Origin: a virus
Length of the DNA stretch: 64,000 bases
Virus record (IMG/VR): IMGVR_UViG_3300032893_000004
Location: 91,058 to 155,057 of that record
Direction: 5' to 3' (one strand)
The notes under the pieces: model-generated
Told to the model about the DNA's origin: nothing
Database searches by the model: none
Seen by the model: only the letters and a program-made list of their open reading frames with translations
Shown: positions 9,818 to 20,700 of the stretch, piece after piece
Numbering within the stretch: the first letter of the stretch is position 1
How the letters are laid out: every line of letters begins with the position of its first letter
Translations under genes and position numbers: made by a program

Positions 9818-10129
9818 CTACTCCTGAGGATTCGTCTGCATTCCCAAGAACGCGTTGATGACGTCGACCGGTTGGTTCCGGAGTTCCCGGACCGTGCGGC
9901 GAAGTACGTTCATGGCGATCGGCATCTCCACGTCGAACAGCTTCGGGACCGCCTTGCCGGTCTTCGGATCCTTCTCGGTGATCAAGTTGCCCTTGTCGTC
10001 TTTCCGATAAAATTGGCGAGTCACGCCTGATCCGACCATGGTAATCTCGTCCTTGACGCCCATCGCCTTCAGCTTCTGGGTGATCAGTTTCGATACGCGT
10101 TTCTTTTCTTTCTTTGAAATATAGCTCAT
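9818..10129 (-). CDS. Small basic hypothetical protein
   Basis: TATAAT-N7-GGAGG-N5-ATG upstream. Confidence 0.7.
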   Translation of the reverse strand: MSYISKKEKKRVSKLITQKLKAMGVKDEITMVGSGVTRQFYRKDDKGNLITEKDPKTGKAVPKLFDVEMPIAMNVLRRTVRELRNQPVDVINAFLGMQTNPQE

Positions 10130-10146
10130 CTGGGCCTCCTGTTCTC

Positions 10147-10214
10147 ATTATACAACAGAACGCCTGTTTGACTAGCCCTTTATACTTGACTGCTTTGGTG
10201 GACTATCGGATAAT
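10147..10214. promoter_or_regulatory. Divergent promoters: minus TATAAT (10147..10152) and plus TTGACT-N17-GATAAT (10186..10214)
   Basis: Each is followed 6-7 nt later by GGAGG and a start codon. Confidence 0.7.
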
Positions 10215-10231
10215 GTGAGTGGAGGGTCTAC

Positions 10232-11014
10232 ATGGCCAACATCCACAAGTACGTCCAAGCCGCATGGGCTCGCTGTCAGTTCCCAGGTAAAGAACGGTAT
10301 CGCCTCGCTGTCGACCTGCATGCCTACGGACACGGCGAACATCGGCTCACTCTCGCGTGGGATGTGCCTAACGCGGATCCTGAGCGTACTCAGCATAAGT
10401 GGAAAGACAGATTCGGCAACATATACAGTCGATGGCAGGAACCTGGCGAACTTATATCAGTGTACCACCAGGCAGCGTTCCCGTACCAAGATTCGTACCC
10501 GTCAGGATACTTCGAAAGATTGATCTGCCAGATTCACACCGAACTAGCCGTACACGAAGCTCTAGAAACGTTTCTCGTCGACGGCGCACGGCAATGGTAC
10601 CCGCACCAGAAGGCAGACATCGTGTGCCCGCGCACAGGAAAATTTTTACGCAACGACTCATGGCGCAACGTACTCGCATGGGCCGGCGTCAAAGCTGCCA
10701 TGGATCCACACCCTCCAGGGCTTCCCTCTTGGGCCAAAACGATCGTGAAACGGCGTAAGATGATCCTAAAATTGCGCAGCATCCGCGCGACGTGGAAATT
10801 CTTTAGAAGTGGCATATTCGAAAAAGACTCCTTTTTGAAGAAATGCAGGTTTGTGATCATCTGCCTTAGTCATCTCCATAATAGCCTATTCGGCACATAT
10901 AACAACTGCTTATGGCACCTGGAAGACTGGCTTCGAGAGAAAGAAATGGAACGGTTAGTGCGCCGCCTGAAGAAGAGGCAGCTCGAACAAGAAACTAAAA
11001 AGGAGGCCGCGTGA
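10232..11014 (+). CDS. Hypothetical protein
   Basis: Promoter plus SD; contains ELAVHEALE. Confidence 0.7.
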   Translation: MANIHKYVQAAWARCQFPGKERYRLAVDLHAYGHGEHRLTLAWDVPNADPERTQHKWKDRFGNIYSRWQEPGELISVYHQAAFPYQDSYPSGYFERLICQIHTELAVHEALETFLVDGARQWYPHQKADIVCPRTGKFLRNDSWRNVLAWAGVKAAMDPHPPGLPSWAKTIVKRRKMILKLRSIRATWKFFRSGIFEKDSFLKKCRFVIICLSHLHNSLFGTYNNCLWHLEDWLREKEMERLVRRLKKRQLEQETKKEAA

Positions 11015-11304
11015 TCCTCAACGACGCTTTCGATACTGCCTACGAGATCATCGAAGAGATGATGCTTCACGGCATCACGTCCTACAGGTTGCAAGTTACC
11101 CGCGAGAACGAGAACCTCATCCGGCAGATTATCAAGGCGACTCGCGTGTTCCGGTCTTTCCGATATTCTTACATTGGGGTGATCGGCGGGAAGCGGTGGT
11201 TCGTGCTCCGAGATCACTCGGTGGACATCACTGGTCCAGCGCCGGCAGGCGAGCTGATCTTCGTCGATTTCAAAGCCAAGAAGCGGATGGCGAAGGCGGT
11301 CTAG
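11011..11304 (+). CDS. Hypothetical protein
   Basis: AGGAGG SD; GTGA overlap. Confidence 0.65.
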   Translation: MILNDAFDTAYEIIEEMMLHGITSYRLQVTRENENLIRQIIKATRVFRSFRYSYIGVIGGKRWFVLRDHSVDITGPAPAGELIFVDFKAKKRMAKAV

Positions 11305-11351
11305 AACTTATTCGCACATTTACGTTCTTCCATGACTATATTTTGACATAG

Positions 11352-11377
11352 AAAAAGCGGTCTTGCAACCGCTTCTT
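11352..11377. terminator. Intrinsic terminator after the capsid gene, probably bidirectional
   Basis: AAGCGGT-cttgca-ACCGCTT hairpin followed by a U-tract on the minus strand, between convergent genes. Confidence 0.7.
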
Positions 11378-11403
11378 CAAAATCCGTTAACTATACGGAA
11401 TTA

Positions 11404-12795
11404 TTAGAATAAATTGTCCACTATGACATTTTTTCTTGGCTGATAACCGGCAAGCGTCAGGAAGCGGAAGTGAGCTTCCGGGACGGACAAGTCCGCGATT
11501 GCGAGCTTCATGCGGCTGTACGGTGCCAGCTCGTGAAAGCCCCAAGTGTCCTTCTGGACAAGGTAACCGGTCACGAAGCCCGGCGATTTGTTGCCGAGGT
11601 CAGTGAAGGTCACGTTTGCGGATCCGTTTGCTGCGATACGACCGATGTAGTATGCAGTGGAGGCCGACGTCCCGCGATACACGTTGTAGAGCGAAGCTCC
11701 AGCAACGCCTGCGATAACTAGAGCAACTTGTTGGCCAGCTGCGACCGTAACGGGTGCCGAGAACATCTCGACGCCTTCACCGCGTTCATTCTCAGCCGTC
11801 ACGCCGTACACATAAGTGCCAGCGGGGATGAGCGCGCCAGAACCGGACGGCGTACCGACCGCAGTTGCGGGCGGGAGCGGCGAGCCGATCATTGCGCGAA
11901 GAGGCGAAGTTTTGCCGGACAAGAAGCGCGAGTCTTCGAGACCGACCGTTCCGTTGGAAACCCACTGTCTGCGGAGATCCGCGCCGGAAGCGTCTTGTGC
12001 GGAGCCAGCGAGCACGATCCGTTGGATCGAGTTCACGCCCGTACCGAGAGCGACCGAGGTGTTGTAACCGGACAAGATGACCGGGTCAACGAACATGGTT
12101 TCTGCTTTACCCATGTTCATGCGGCTGCGGAGAGCCGAACTTTCGATGATAGGCTGGTCGAGCGAACCGTTCTGCGAGAGAACGACCGACTTGTTCGATC
12201 CGTAAGATGCGAACATCAGATCCTGCGTCGAAACGAGGATGTCCGACATGCGAACTTGCGAATCGAGGCCGAGCATGCTCGGGAGTTCCGGCATCAGAGC
12301 CGGGTTACCGTCGAAGACGCCGTTGTTTGAGAAATCGGCCTTTCCTTTGAAAGAGTCGAATTCGATGTCCGCCGACAATTTGATTGCGGCGTTGTCCGCC
12401 TCACGGTCTTCGGCTTTCTTGCCGTCGATGGTCTCAACCATGTTAGCGGCGATTGTCACACGCTCAACACAGGAGTAGAAACACATCGGAACCGTAGCCC
12501 GGATATAGTCGCCGACGTTCAAGTCGCCGACCGCGCCTTCGCGCTGCGCCGTACCACCGAACCGTCCGTAAGACAGCTGACGGTTAAACTGCACAAGCAA
12601 TGACTTGGCTTTCTTCACCGAGAAGAGCTTCTGGAGCTTGATGTGACTGTCGTCAAACGTCACGTTGTGCATCACAGGCTCAAGGTTTTCGATCTGGAGA
12701 GCAGATCCTTGGACCAACTGCGACGGTGCTACGTTGTAGTTACCGGCCTCCAAGGTTTTCACGAGACTCTCAAGAGTCTTGACTAGATCGTCCAT
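11404..12795 (-). CDS. Major capsid protein (Herelleviridae/SPO1-like type, with FN3-like C-terminal insertion)
   Basis: 463 aa; GSALQIENLE, FNRQLSYG, IEFDSFKG, GTYVYGVTAENERGE, YNVYRG; follows the scaffold. Confidence 0.88.
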   Translation of the reverse strand: MDDLVKTLESLVKTLEAGNYNVAPSQLVQGSALQIENLEPVMHNVTFDDSHIKLQKLFSVKKAKSLLVQFNRQLSYGRFGGTAQREGAVGDLNVGDYIRATVPMCFYSCVERVTIAANMVETIDGKKAEDREADNAAIKLSADIEFDSFKGKADFSNNGVFDGNPALMPELPSMLGLDSQVRMSDILVSTQDLMFASYGSNKSVVLSQNGSLDQPIIESSALRSRMNMGKAETMFVDPVILSGYNTSVALGTGVNSIQRIVLAGSAQDASGADLRRQWVSNGTVGLEDSRFLSGKTSPLRAMIGSPLPPATAVGTPSGSGALIPAGTYVYGVTAENERGEGVEMFSAPVTVAAGQQVALVIAGVAGASLYNVYRGTSASTAYYIGRIAANGSANVTFTDLGNKSPGFVTGYLVQKDTWGFHELAPYSRMKLAIADLSVPEAHFRFLTLAGYQPRKNVIVDNLF

Positions 12796-12797
12796 TA

Positions 12798-13637
12798 TTA
12801 TTTCCCTCCCTTAGAGTGGATAATTTTTTCGACTTCTTCTGCCCCTTCACCGGAGATGTAGAGGCGGTTTACCATTTCACGTTCGCTCTTGGTCAGAGCG
12901 GCAGGCGAAAGCTTGCGAGCTTCTGCCTTAACTTGATCGATCGTCATCGGACGGCCGTTACCAGCTGCCGGATTGTCATTCTCGGTCTTGTTCATGACCT
13001 GAATTTCTGTGATCGACTTGCGAGCAGGCTTAGCGAGAGCTTCGAAGGCCTTCACGACCATCTGATTGGCTTCCTCAGCTTGCTGAACACGTTTTTCAAG
13101 AGCGGCGATCATCGCCTCCGACTTGCCCATATCTTGCGGCGGTGCTTGCGGCGCCGGAGCAGGAGGAGCGGCAGACTCGGGGGCGGCCGGTGCAGCCTGA
13201 CCTTGGTCTTGGCTGTAGGCAGCTTGGAGCTGTTGGCGGATGATCGAATAGTGTCGCTCAAGTTCGTCCGGCGGCATGGATCCGTAGATCTGGGCCAGCT
13301 CTTCATCGGACAACGGCTGGTCTTCGCCAGGTTGCCCTTCGGCCGCAAGTTGTTGCTCGTCGCCCGCCGGAGGCTGTTGGCCATCCATAGGGGGTTGGTC
13401 ACCTGCAGGCGGTTGATCGCCAGCCGGAGGAGCATCATCTGCGGGAGGAGCGTCGTCGGTAGGCGGCGCGTCAGAAGAAGCCGGTGCAGCGGATTTGTCC
13501 GGAGGAGCGTTTTTGTCGTCCTTCGGATCTGAATCTGCCGGATCTGCCTTAGCTAACAGCTCAGCCTTCGCCAGCGTTTCGTCAACGCTATCTAGGATGC
13601 TCTGTACGTCTTGGTCAGTCCATTTTGGCTTAGTCAT
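12798..13637 (-). CDS. Putative capsid scaffold protein
   Basis: Acidic Pro/Ala-rich low-complexity region plus coiled coil, directly upstream of the capsid gene. Confidence 0.7.
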   Translation of the reverse strand: MTKPKWTDQDVQSILDSVDETLAKAELLAKADPADSDPKDDKNAPPDKSAAPASSDAPPTDDAPPADDAPPAGDQPPAGDQPPMDGQQPPAGDEQQLAAEGQPGEDQPLSDEELAQIYGSMPPDELERHYSIIRQQLQAAYSQDQGQAAPAAPESAAPPAPAPQAPPQDMGKSEAMIAALEKRVQQAEEANQMVVKAFEALAKPARKSITEIQVMNKTENDNPAAGNGRPMTIDQVKAEARKLSPAALTKSEREMVNRLYISGEGAEEVEKIIHSKGGK

Positions 13638-13668
13638 TTTCCAATTCCCTTTCTTAGTTAGAGTCCTA

Positions 13669-14160
13669 TTATGAACTCTGGATAAGAGGATTGATCTCGT
13701 CAGACGGGATCGTGATCAGGGGCGTTGCAGCTGCGAAAGTCGTGTCGAACGCGGTGATCGATGCAGCCAAGATCGTAGCCTGCGTGGCTTGGCTGATGAA
13801 CATCTTGAGTCCCATCTTGCCGAGAGCTTGATGAATGCGAGCTTGCAAAGCGCGCGAATCCGTAGTCGTCTGATCGCTGTCTTGCAGCAATTCGATGACA
13901 TGCGGGCTATAAGCAGTTTGAGCGAGACCAAGGCCGTTTACGCGATATGCCGGACCGGGAACACCACCGATTAAAGGATCGGTTGCCGACTGAGCAGGAT
14001 CCTGCAGAACTTTCGTCTGAACTGCGGCTGTGTTGTAAGACACGTTGATCGCCGGATAGCCGTTGGCATCGAGTGCCTGCGTGATCGTAGCAGTAGGCAT
14101 CAGCAACTGTAGTCGCTGCGTCAGTTCTCTGACTTTTGCCTGGGCGGTGAAAGCTGACAT
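13669..14160 (-). CDS. Putative head decoration / minor virion protein
   Basis: Strong AGGAGGA SD; Ala/Thr-rich; first gene of the capsid operon. Confidence 0.5.
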   Translation of the reverse strand: MSAFTAQAKVRELTQRLQLLMPTATITQALDANGYPAINVSYNTAAVQTKVLQDPAQSATDPLIGGVPGPAYRVNGLGLAQTAYSPHVIELLQDSDQTTTDSRALQARIHQALGKMGLKMFISQATQATILAASITAFDTTFAAATPLITIPSDEINPLIQSS

Positions 14161-14205
14161 ATTTTATCCTCCTATTAAGGATTGAACGTTCGTTCTACAG
14201 ACCAT

Positions 14206-14259
14206 ACGATTAGGTACGAATAGTCGACCAAAATGGTTAACTTACTGAAATGGTTAACT
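14206..14259 (-). promoter_or_regulatory. Variant late motif CCTAATCGT (14206..14214) and 12-bp direct repeat AAATGGTTAACT x2 (14231..14242, 14248..14259)
   Basis: Intergenic region upstream of the capsid operon. Confidence 0.5.
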
Positions 14260-14268
14260 AAAAAAATT

Positions 14269-14709
14269 TTAGACGTGGTATTTTACGTACTTGACGCAGA
14301 CGCCGGAAGGCGGCTCAGATAGTCCGCAGATGACGTACGACGGCGCGCCGTCGTTCTTTTCGAGGGATGCCTCGATGGTTTTGAGGCCTTTCTTCTTAGC
14401 CCACTGCATCGCAGCCTTCTTGATCTTCGGATCGATCTCTTCGCCAAAATCCATCCGGATGGCGCCGTTTTGGAAGGCGGAAACCATACACTCGTTCTTC
14501 TTCAGTTCCTTGATGGCCTTCATGTGTTCGAAGGCAGCATTGATCGTTTTGTTGACCATATTGTTCTGCTTTGGAGCCGGAAGGTGACGATACTGCTTCA
14601 GCCACTTGTAAAAACGATATCTTAGCTTCGGCGGAAGAGCTTTTTCCAACGGAGACATAGCCAATTCTTGCGTGATCTCAGCCGAGAGGGAGTCGATGTC
14701 TATATTCAT
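14269..14709 (-). CDS. Hypothetical head-module protein
   Basis: ATG 14709 lies 7 nt after a late motif; contains LEKAL. Confidence 0.6.
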   Translation of the reverse strand: MNIDIDSLSAEITQELAMSPLEKALPPKLRYRFYKWLKQYRHLPAPKQNNMVNKTINAAFEHMKAIKELKKNECMVSAFQNGAIRMDFGEEIDPKIKKAAMQWAKKKGLKTIEASLEKNDGAPSYVICGLSEPPSGVCVKYVKYHV

Positions 14710-14716
14710 AGTGCCG

Positions 14717-14726
14717 AAGATTAGGC
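14717..14726 (-). promoter_or_regulatory. Putative late promoter motif GCCTAATCTT
   Basis: Overlaps the TAA stop of the 2191-aa gene. Confidence 0.7.
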
Positions 14727-17700
14727 TCTGCGCTTCTTCGGCGCCTTCGGCTGCAGTTCCAGTACCCAGCACTTCGTGGAAAGCTTGTTCTTCTTGAGAT
14801 TGTTCAGCATCTCTTTGTTATGCTTGGGATAATCTGTATAATCGCACTGCTGGAATCCAAATTTTCTAGGATTCTCGTCGTAGATCTTCCTGAACCCAAC
14901 CGTAAAAGGCTTGGTATTCGGATTGTCCCAGTACTCGCGGTCATATTTCCCACCGTTCGACATGTATCCGCGCAGTTCGGCGCCGTGCATGTAGAGGTGG
15001 GTGATGCCTTGAGCACGTGCGTTTTCGATAACCGCAGACATGGATGCTTCCGTCCAGTCCGACAGGTGAGTGTCGATCTTCTTGGCGTATTGCTTCATGT
15101 CCTCGGCGGTGATGTTCTGCCCATTGATCTTAGTCCCGGCCGGGAATTGGCTCATAAGAGCCTTCAGGTTTCGCCGGAACTTCTGGGCGAAATCCGATTG
15201 ATATTCCTCGATCGCCCACGCGTTCTTGCCTTTGACAGATTGATCGGTGTCAACCCGCGACCAGGAAACCATATGGGGCGTAGTGGGATGCATACCGATG
15301 GACCCGTTCGAGATGCCGTTTGTCTTCTGAAGTAGATGCTGGTATAGAGACCAAAGTTTCGGATCCTGGGACAGCTCCTTCTCGGAAGCCTCTGAATTGT
15401 TGACCTGGACAACCAAGTTAGCTCTGCCAGGTGGATTGTGTCGCTGCAGCTTAGAAGACCATTCCGAATATGTCAGGTGATACTTCTTGGAATTATCGTC
15501 TAGAGCGCGCATAGCTTGCGCGAATTGTTCCGGCATCACCGGCTTATTCTGAGCTGAAGTGAACACGGCCTTCACTGATGGCGGGAGAGACTTCTCTTCG
15601 GCCGGAAACTTCCTCTTGAATTCGGCCCACGCCATACCTTCAGCAGGTATGAGAGCCATGGTCGCTTTCATGCGCTCGTAGTCCTTGTGCTGGAGGCTGA
15701 TATCGCGTAGAACCTTCGACTCGTCCACACTTCCGCTGGCGCCGGCCTTCTGAGATTCCGGCAGCGCCACAGGGATGGCTCGAAACAGCTTGCCGCCGTA
15801 CGTCGGATTGGTCAAAGCCGGGTTGAACTTTCCGCCTGGGGCAAAGAACTTCGGAAACTGCTCGTTGGAAAGAGCAAACAACTCGCCGAGATCTTGTTCC
15901 GACACGTTCGGATGTTGCATGAGTTGAGTAGCCATTTCCGACGCCGTCCTCTTATCGATGTCCTTGTAATTTTGAGCATCGTTCCGGAGAATCGCGTCGG
16001 TGTACATCTTGACAGCTTTTGGCGGAGTAGACTTGTTCGAAAGTATATCGATCGAAGCCTGAGCCATCGCTTCTTTGTTGCGATCGAACATATCGTAGAC
16101 TTGAGCTGCAAGATCTTCGTCGATGTGAGGAGATGACGTCACAGGCTTAAGCTTCATAGCCAAATTATGACCTTCCGAGGGGTGGATGTCGGTGTGCCCG
16201 GAGAACATGTAATCGTGATTTTCCTTGGCATACGCTCGTAAGCTCTCGACGCCGCCGACGCCGTTTTCGACGGCCGTCTGGAACAAAGAGTTCCTAAGAT
16301 CGTGGGCACCGGATTGCGCCAGAAGATCGGTTAGGTCCTTGTGAGACATGTCTGGACCCATATACTTGAGACCTTCTTCCATCGCGTACGTATAGTCGTT
16401 GTGGAATATCTCGTTGTTGTTCTTGAGCTTGACGTACATGTGCAGAAGATTCTTACCGTGGTGAGCGATATCCTCCTTGGACATCTTCGCAAACCAATCT
16501 TTAGACGATTTAACGAACGCGGTCTTCGCTCGGTTCTCATCTTTATTCGTCGATTTCTCGCCGAACTGCTGGTAGTTCGAACCGTTGAGCGCTTCCGTCG
16601 GAATATTCGTCCGATCACGTAGAGCAAAGATCGCATGCGGAGCGGACTTAAACATCTCGCGCCAATCCTGCTCTTCGAAATTTTCTGCGGCTCCTACGAT
16701 ACCTTTGATGGCTTCATGGGTCTTTTCGGGAGCCAATTCTTTTCCGGAAGCCTCCTCGATGGAGTGGTACTCTTTCACCATGTCCATGACCTTGAGAGCA
16801 TCCTCGCGGTCCAGTTGTATGCCAGTCTTGGCGATCTTAGTCAGAATCGACAGCATCGTGGCATGGTCGCGGGACGCTTCTAACTTACCAGTATTGTTCA
16901 GGTCCGGTGCTTGGAGTCGCATATGAGACGCAACCGTTTTTATGTGACCGTGGATCTGTCCGATCATTTCGGAAATTTTGCCTAGCTTGTCTTTCAGATT
17001 CGGCGTTTCTTCCTTGACGCTGGCATTGTGTATGGCTGTGGCGTACTGATCTAGATTGCTCAGGATCTTGTTACGGTGTTCCGCGCCCATAAATGGGGCA
17101 TTCGGCGCAGCCAGATTCGGATCTTTGACCAACGCGTCCATATCACGCATCTTAGCGTGAACCGCGTAGATCAAGTTCCCGTCCATAGCCTGTCCTATCT
17201 GACGGATCAGCGGATTGAATTTTTCGTCCGGCATCGAACGAGCGAGCTTGACGGAATCGTCCGGCTGCACGTACTGGTTATGCTCCATCTTGCTGAACAT
17301 TCTAGACTGATCGATCGAGTACGGGTTCTCTGCGTTCACAGCCAGAGACCGATTCACCAGAATCGAAGAGTTCGCGCCGGTCAAGCGATCTGCGTTCTCT
17401 GCGAGAGCTTGAAGCTTCCACTCCGACGCAGATGCTTCGACGAATCTAGGATCATTGAGCAAGTTATCCGGTATTCGGTCTTCAGATAGTTCCGCGCCGG
17501 CGGCTAATTGATTGGGATCGTTTGGCAACTGTTCCCAAAGACTGACCGCCTGATCGACGTTGCCGGCTTCGGCAGACTGCATAGCCATGTTCCTGAGTTG
17601 AGCATGCGCGAACGGAGCGATCTTAGGATCCAGAGTCTGCTTCTTGATGTAGTTCAAGACGAATTCGTTCTTTTGCTGTTCTTCCGGTCCAGATTCTGAA

Positions 17701-20700
17701 GGCGTAAACGTCGATGCGAGATTGTTCATGAACTTTTCTCGCACCAATCCGCGAGGATCGTTTATCCCTTCCTGGGAGATCTTGTTTTCGAACGTCTTCG
17801 CAATTTCCAGCACCGCAGCCGGTTCGGTATTGGAATTCAGCTGGGACGACACGCCGGCTATCTGACGAGCGTTGAGAGTATTCGGCTGAGCCGCAGCTCT
17901 GGCCAAAGCACTGATGCCTTCGCTCGACAAGATCCCGTGATCAGAAAGCTGGATCATAGTATCGTAGTCTTTTTGATCAATGGCGTTGCGTTCGATCTGC
18001 TTGCCCATGTTAGCCGGCGCCATATTGCGCGATTTTAGAGCTACGTACGCCGACAACATCGTTCCGTTCTTATCTTCCGGGATGGCGTAGGATGCGGATG
18101 CCAAATGTTCAAGGACACTTTTTGCGATGCGCTTTCTGTCGTCCTGCGTCAGATCATCGCCTTGCGCTGGAGCCGAGAGCGCTTGCGCCAACATAGTCGA
18201 CAACTCGCCCGGACTCTTCGTACGATACAAGTCGATCAGGTTGTTCAATCGAGAATTATAGATACCCAGCGTTTCGTCTCTCATCGATGAGCGACGTCCG
18301 TGCTCGTGCGCCTCCGGGTTCAGCATAGACGAGTTGATCTTTGCGGCCAGATGCTCCAGATCTTCCGGTGTGTGATTTCCGCCGGAGACCCACGAATCGA
18401 GAGTTCTTTGACGCAGCTTAGGATTGCCTATCGCCAAGATGTCTCTGACGGAGTTAGCTTGAGTCATCTGCTGCAGTTTTTCTGGCGAGAGCAGATTATC
18501 GGCCAGAGCTTGGTGCTTTACAAGTTCGCCGTCTTTACCTGGCATATCAGCTAGAAAATCTAGGTTTGCACCAGCCGCCTTCAAAGATGATAGGAACCGA
18601 TCGTCGTGATACCCCTGCTTCTGACGAGTCATCAACGAATACCACTTCTCAGCGATCGGATTGTCTGTCTCTGAATCGCTGAAAGACGGCATCGACGCGA
18701 CCCGTCCGTGTAAATAATTGACGAGGTCTTCCGCCTTCTGGCGGCCGATGGCCTTTTTGTCCTCCGACTCGTAGCTGGAGACATGCACCCCACGACTCAG
18801 TTGATTCATCTTCCGCGCGAGCAGATTGTAGGCAAGCGGTGCCTTGCCTGAAGCGGCCGCGTGATCGATCAGCGCATCGTCTCCTGGCTTGGTGTACATC
18901 TCATCGGGGATATTATTTAGCAACCCTTCGTCGGACATGTGCCCAGGTTGGCCTTCCGGTACTGAAATAAGCTGATCCAATACAGATCTGTCATTCGGCG
19001 ATTCAGGATCCAAGTGGCTTACAGCCTTCGCCTGATAATTCTGGAAACTGCCGCCGATCCTATCGTTATCTCCCGGATCGTTGTACATGCCAAGCACGGC
19101 GTTGTGGAATATGTCCGGTCTGTGGTTCTTAACATGTTCGACTTCATCTTTGATTAGTCGCTGCTTGTTATCAGTCGACAACATGTTGAAAGCGCGGTCC
19201 CACGACGCCTGAGGAGCGTTAGCGCGAACAACTGATATGGCCGCCTTCTGCGAACCGCTGTTCAAGATCGGTTCGTATTTTTTGTTCTGCTCATCCTCCG
19301 GAAGGGAATCGTAGCGCTTAAAATAATCTCCCGCTCCGATCTTATCCATAAGTTCGCCGTTCCGGGCAATCTCATGGAACAGATATTCCGGCATATTGTT
19401 AGATTCAAACAGCTTTCGTGCCATGTGAGCGGAATCATCGAACAGCTCTGGGCGACCGCCATGGTCGTATACTTGCGTGTTGTTTGCGATATATTCCTGA
19501 CGTTTTCGGAACATGTCGGCCAAGAAATCTGGATCGGCATCGTTCAGATTTATGTTGGACTGAACCTCGGAAAGATATCCTGGATTTTTGAGAATAGCAG
19601 CTTGGGCGTTTTTGTCGCCGTTCACCGCCAGATGCGAGATGGCCGTTACGATCCTGGAGTTGTTGTCCCGCTGGTTCCTGCCCATCACGTCGTTAGAATG
19701 CGATACGACCATCTGGTTCTTCGGAACTTTGTCGTCGAAGATGTTAGCGAGATCTTTAGAATTAGCCTCGCGGATGGCAGACGGTACGCGCTGATCGAGC
19801 GCCAAGTTGAACTTACTGCTTATGACGTTCTCCGGACGCTCCTTGGTCTTCTTGGAGATCTCATCTATGTTATCGCCCTGATACTTCTCGTGAGCCTTCG
19901 CGAAGATGGCTTCCTGATCCATCTTGGGCAACTTATCGAACTGCTGCTGAAACTTCGGATCATGGTACACGTTCGAGAGACTGGTCGCACCGGACTTTAG
20001 TCCTTCCTTCACCTGCTGTTCAGCCACCAACGGATGCAGCCGTGCGGCGTCTTGAACAGTCTTTGCCCGACGTTTCAAACCTTCGTCAACCACATCCATG
20101 TCTGCGTTCGGATGATTCAGAGCCTTGACGGCGACTTCCTGGTTCTTGTGGTTTACGATCTCTTTCAGCACGTCGGGCGGTACGGACTGGGCTTGAAGAA
20201 TATCGCGTGCAGAATCTAGGTCCTTCGAGCCTTTTTGCCAGTAATCGCGGACGTCCGCTTCGTCTGCCATAGGATGCTTGATCGCTTTGTTGAAACCTTT
20301 TTGGATCAGAGCCTTAACCTGCGGCTTCGTCAGCGATGGGTTCTGAAGAAGACTGTCGACCTTGTTACGGGTCTCCCAGTCGCCTGAATCTTTGAACCGC
20401 TTTATCATACCGTTGATGGACTCTTGCGGCAGACGCGGATTCTCGATGGCACTATCGCGGGAATTCTTGCCTACCGCGTACTTTGCCAGCAGCGCCGGGT
20501 CGACGTTCTTGTGGCTTAGCAGGGCATCTAAACGCTGGTTGGCGTAATAGTCATGTCTATCGCCGGACTTGTTAGCTTCGTACCACTGGTGAATCTTGTT
20601 TAACTGATCCTTCGATAGATCTTCGCGTCCTTCCACCAGATCGTTGAGAGCTTCGTGCGGATCATGCTTCGAAGCCGCAAACGCGTCGATAGTCCGATCG

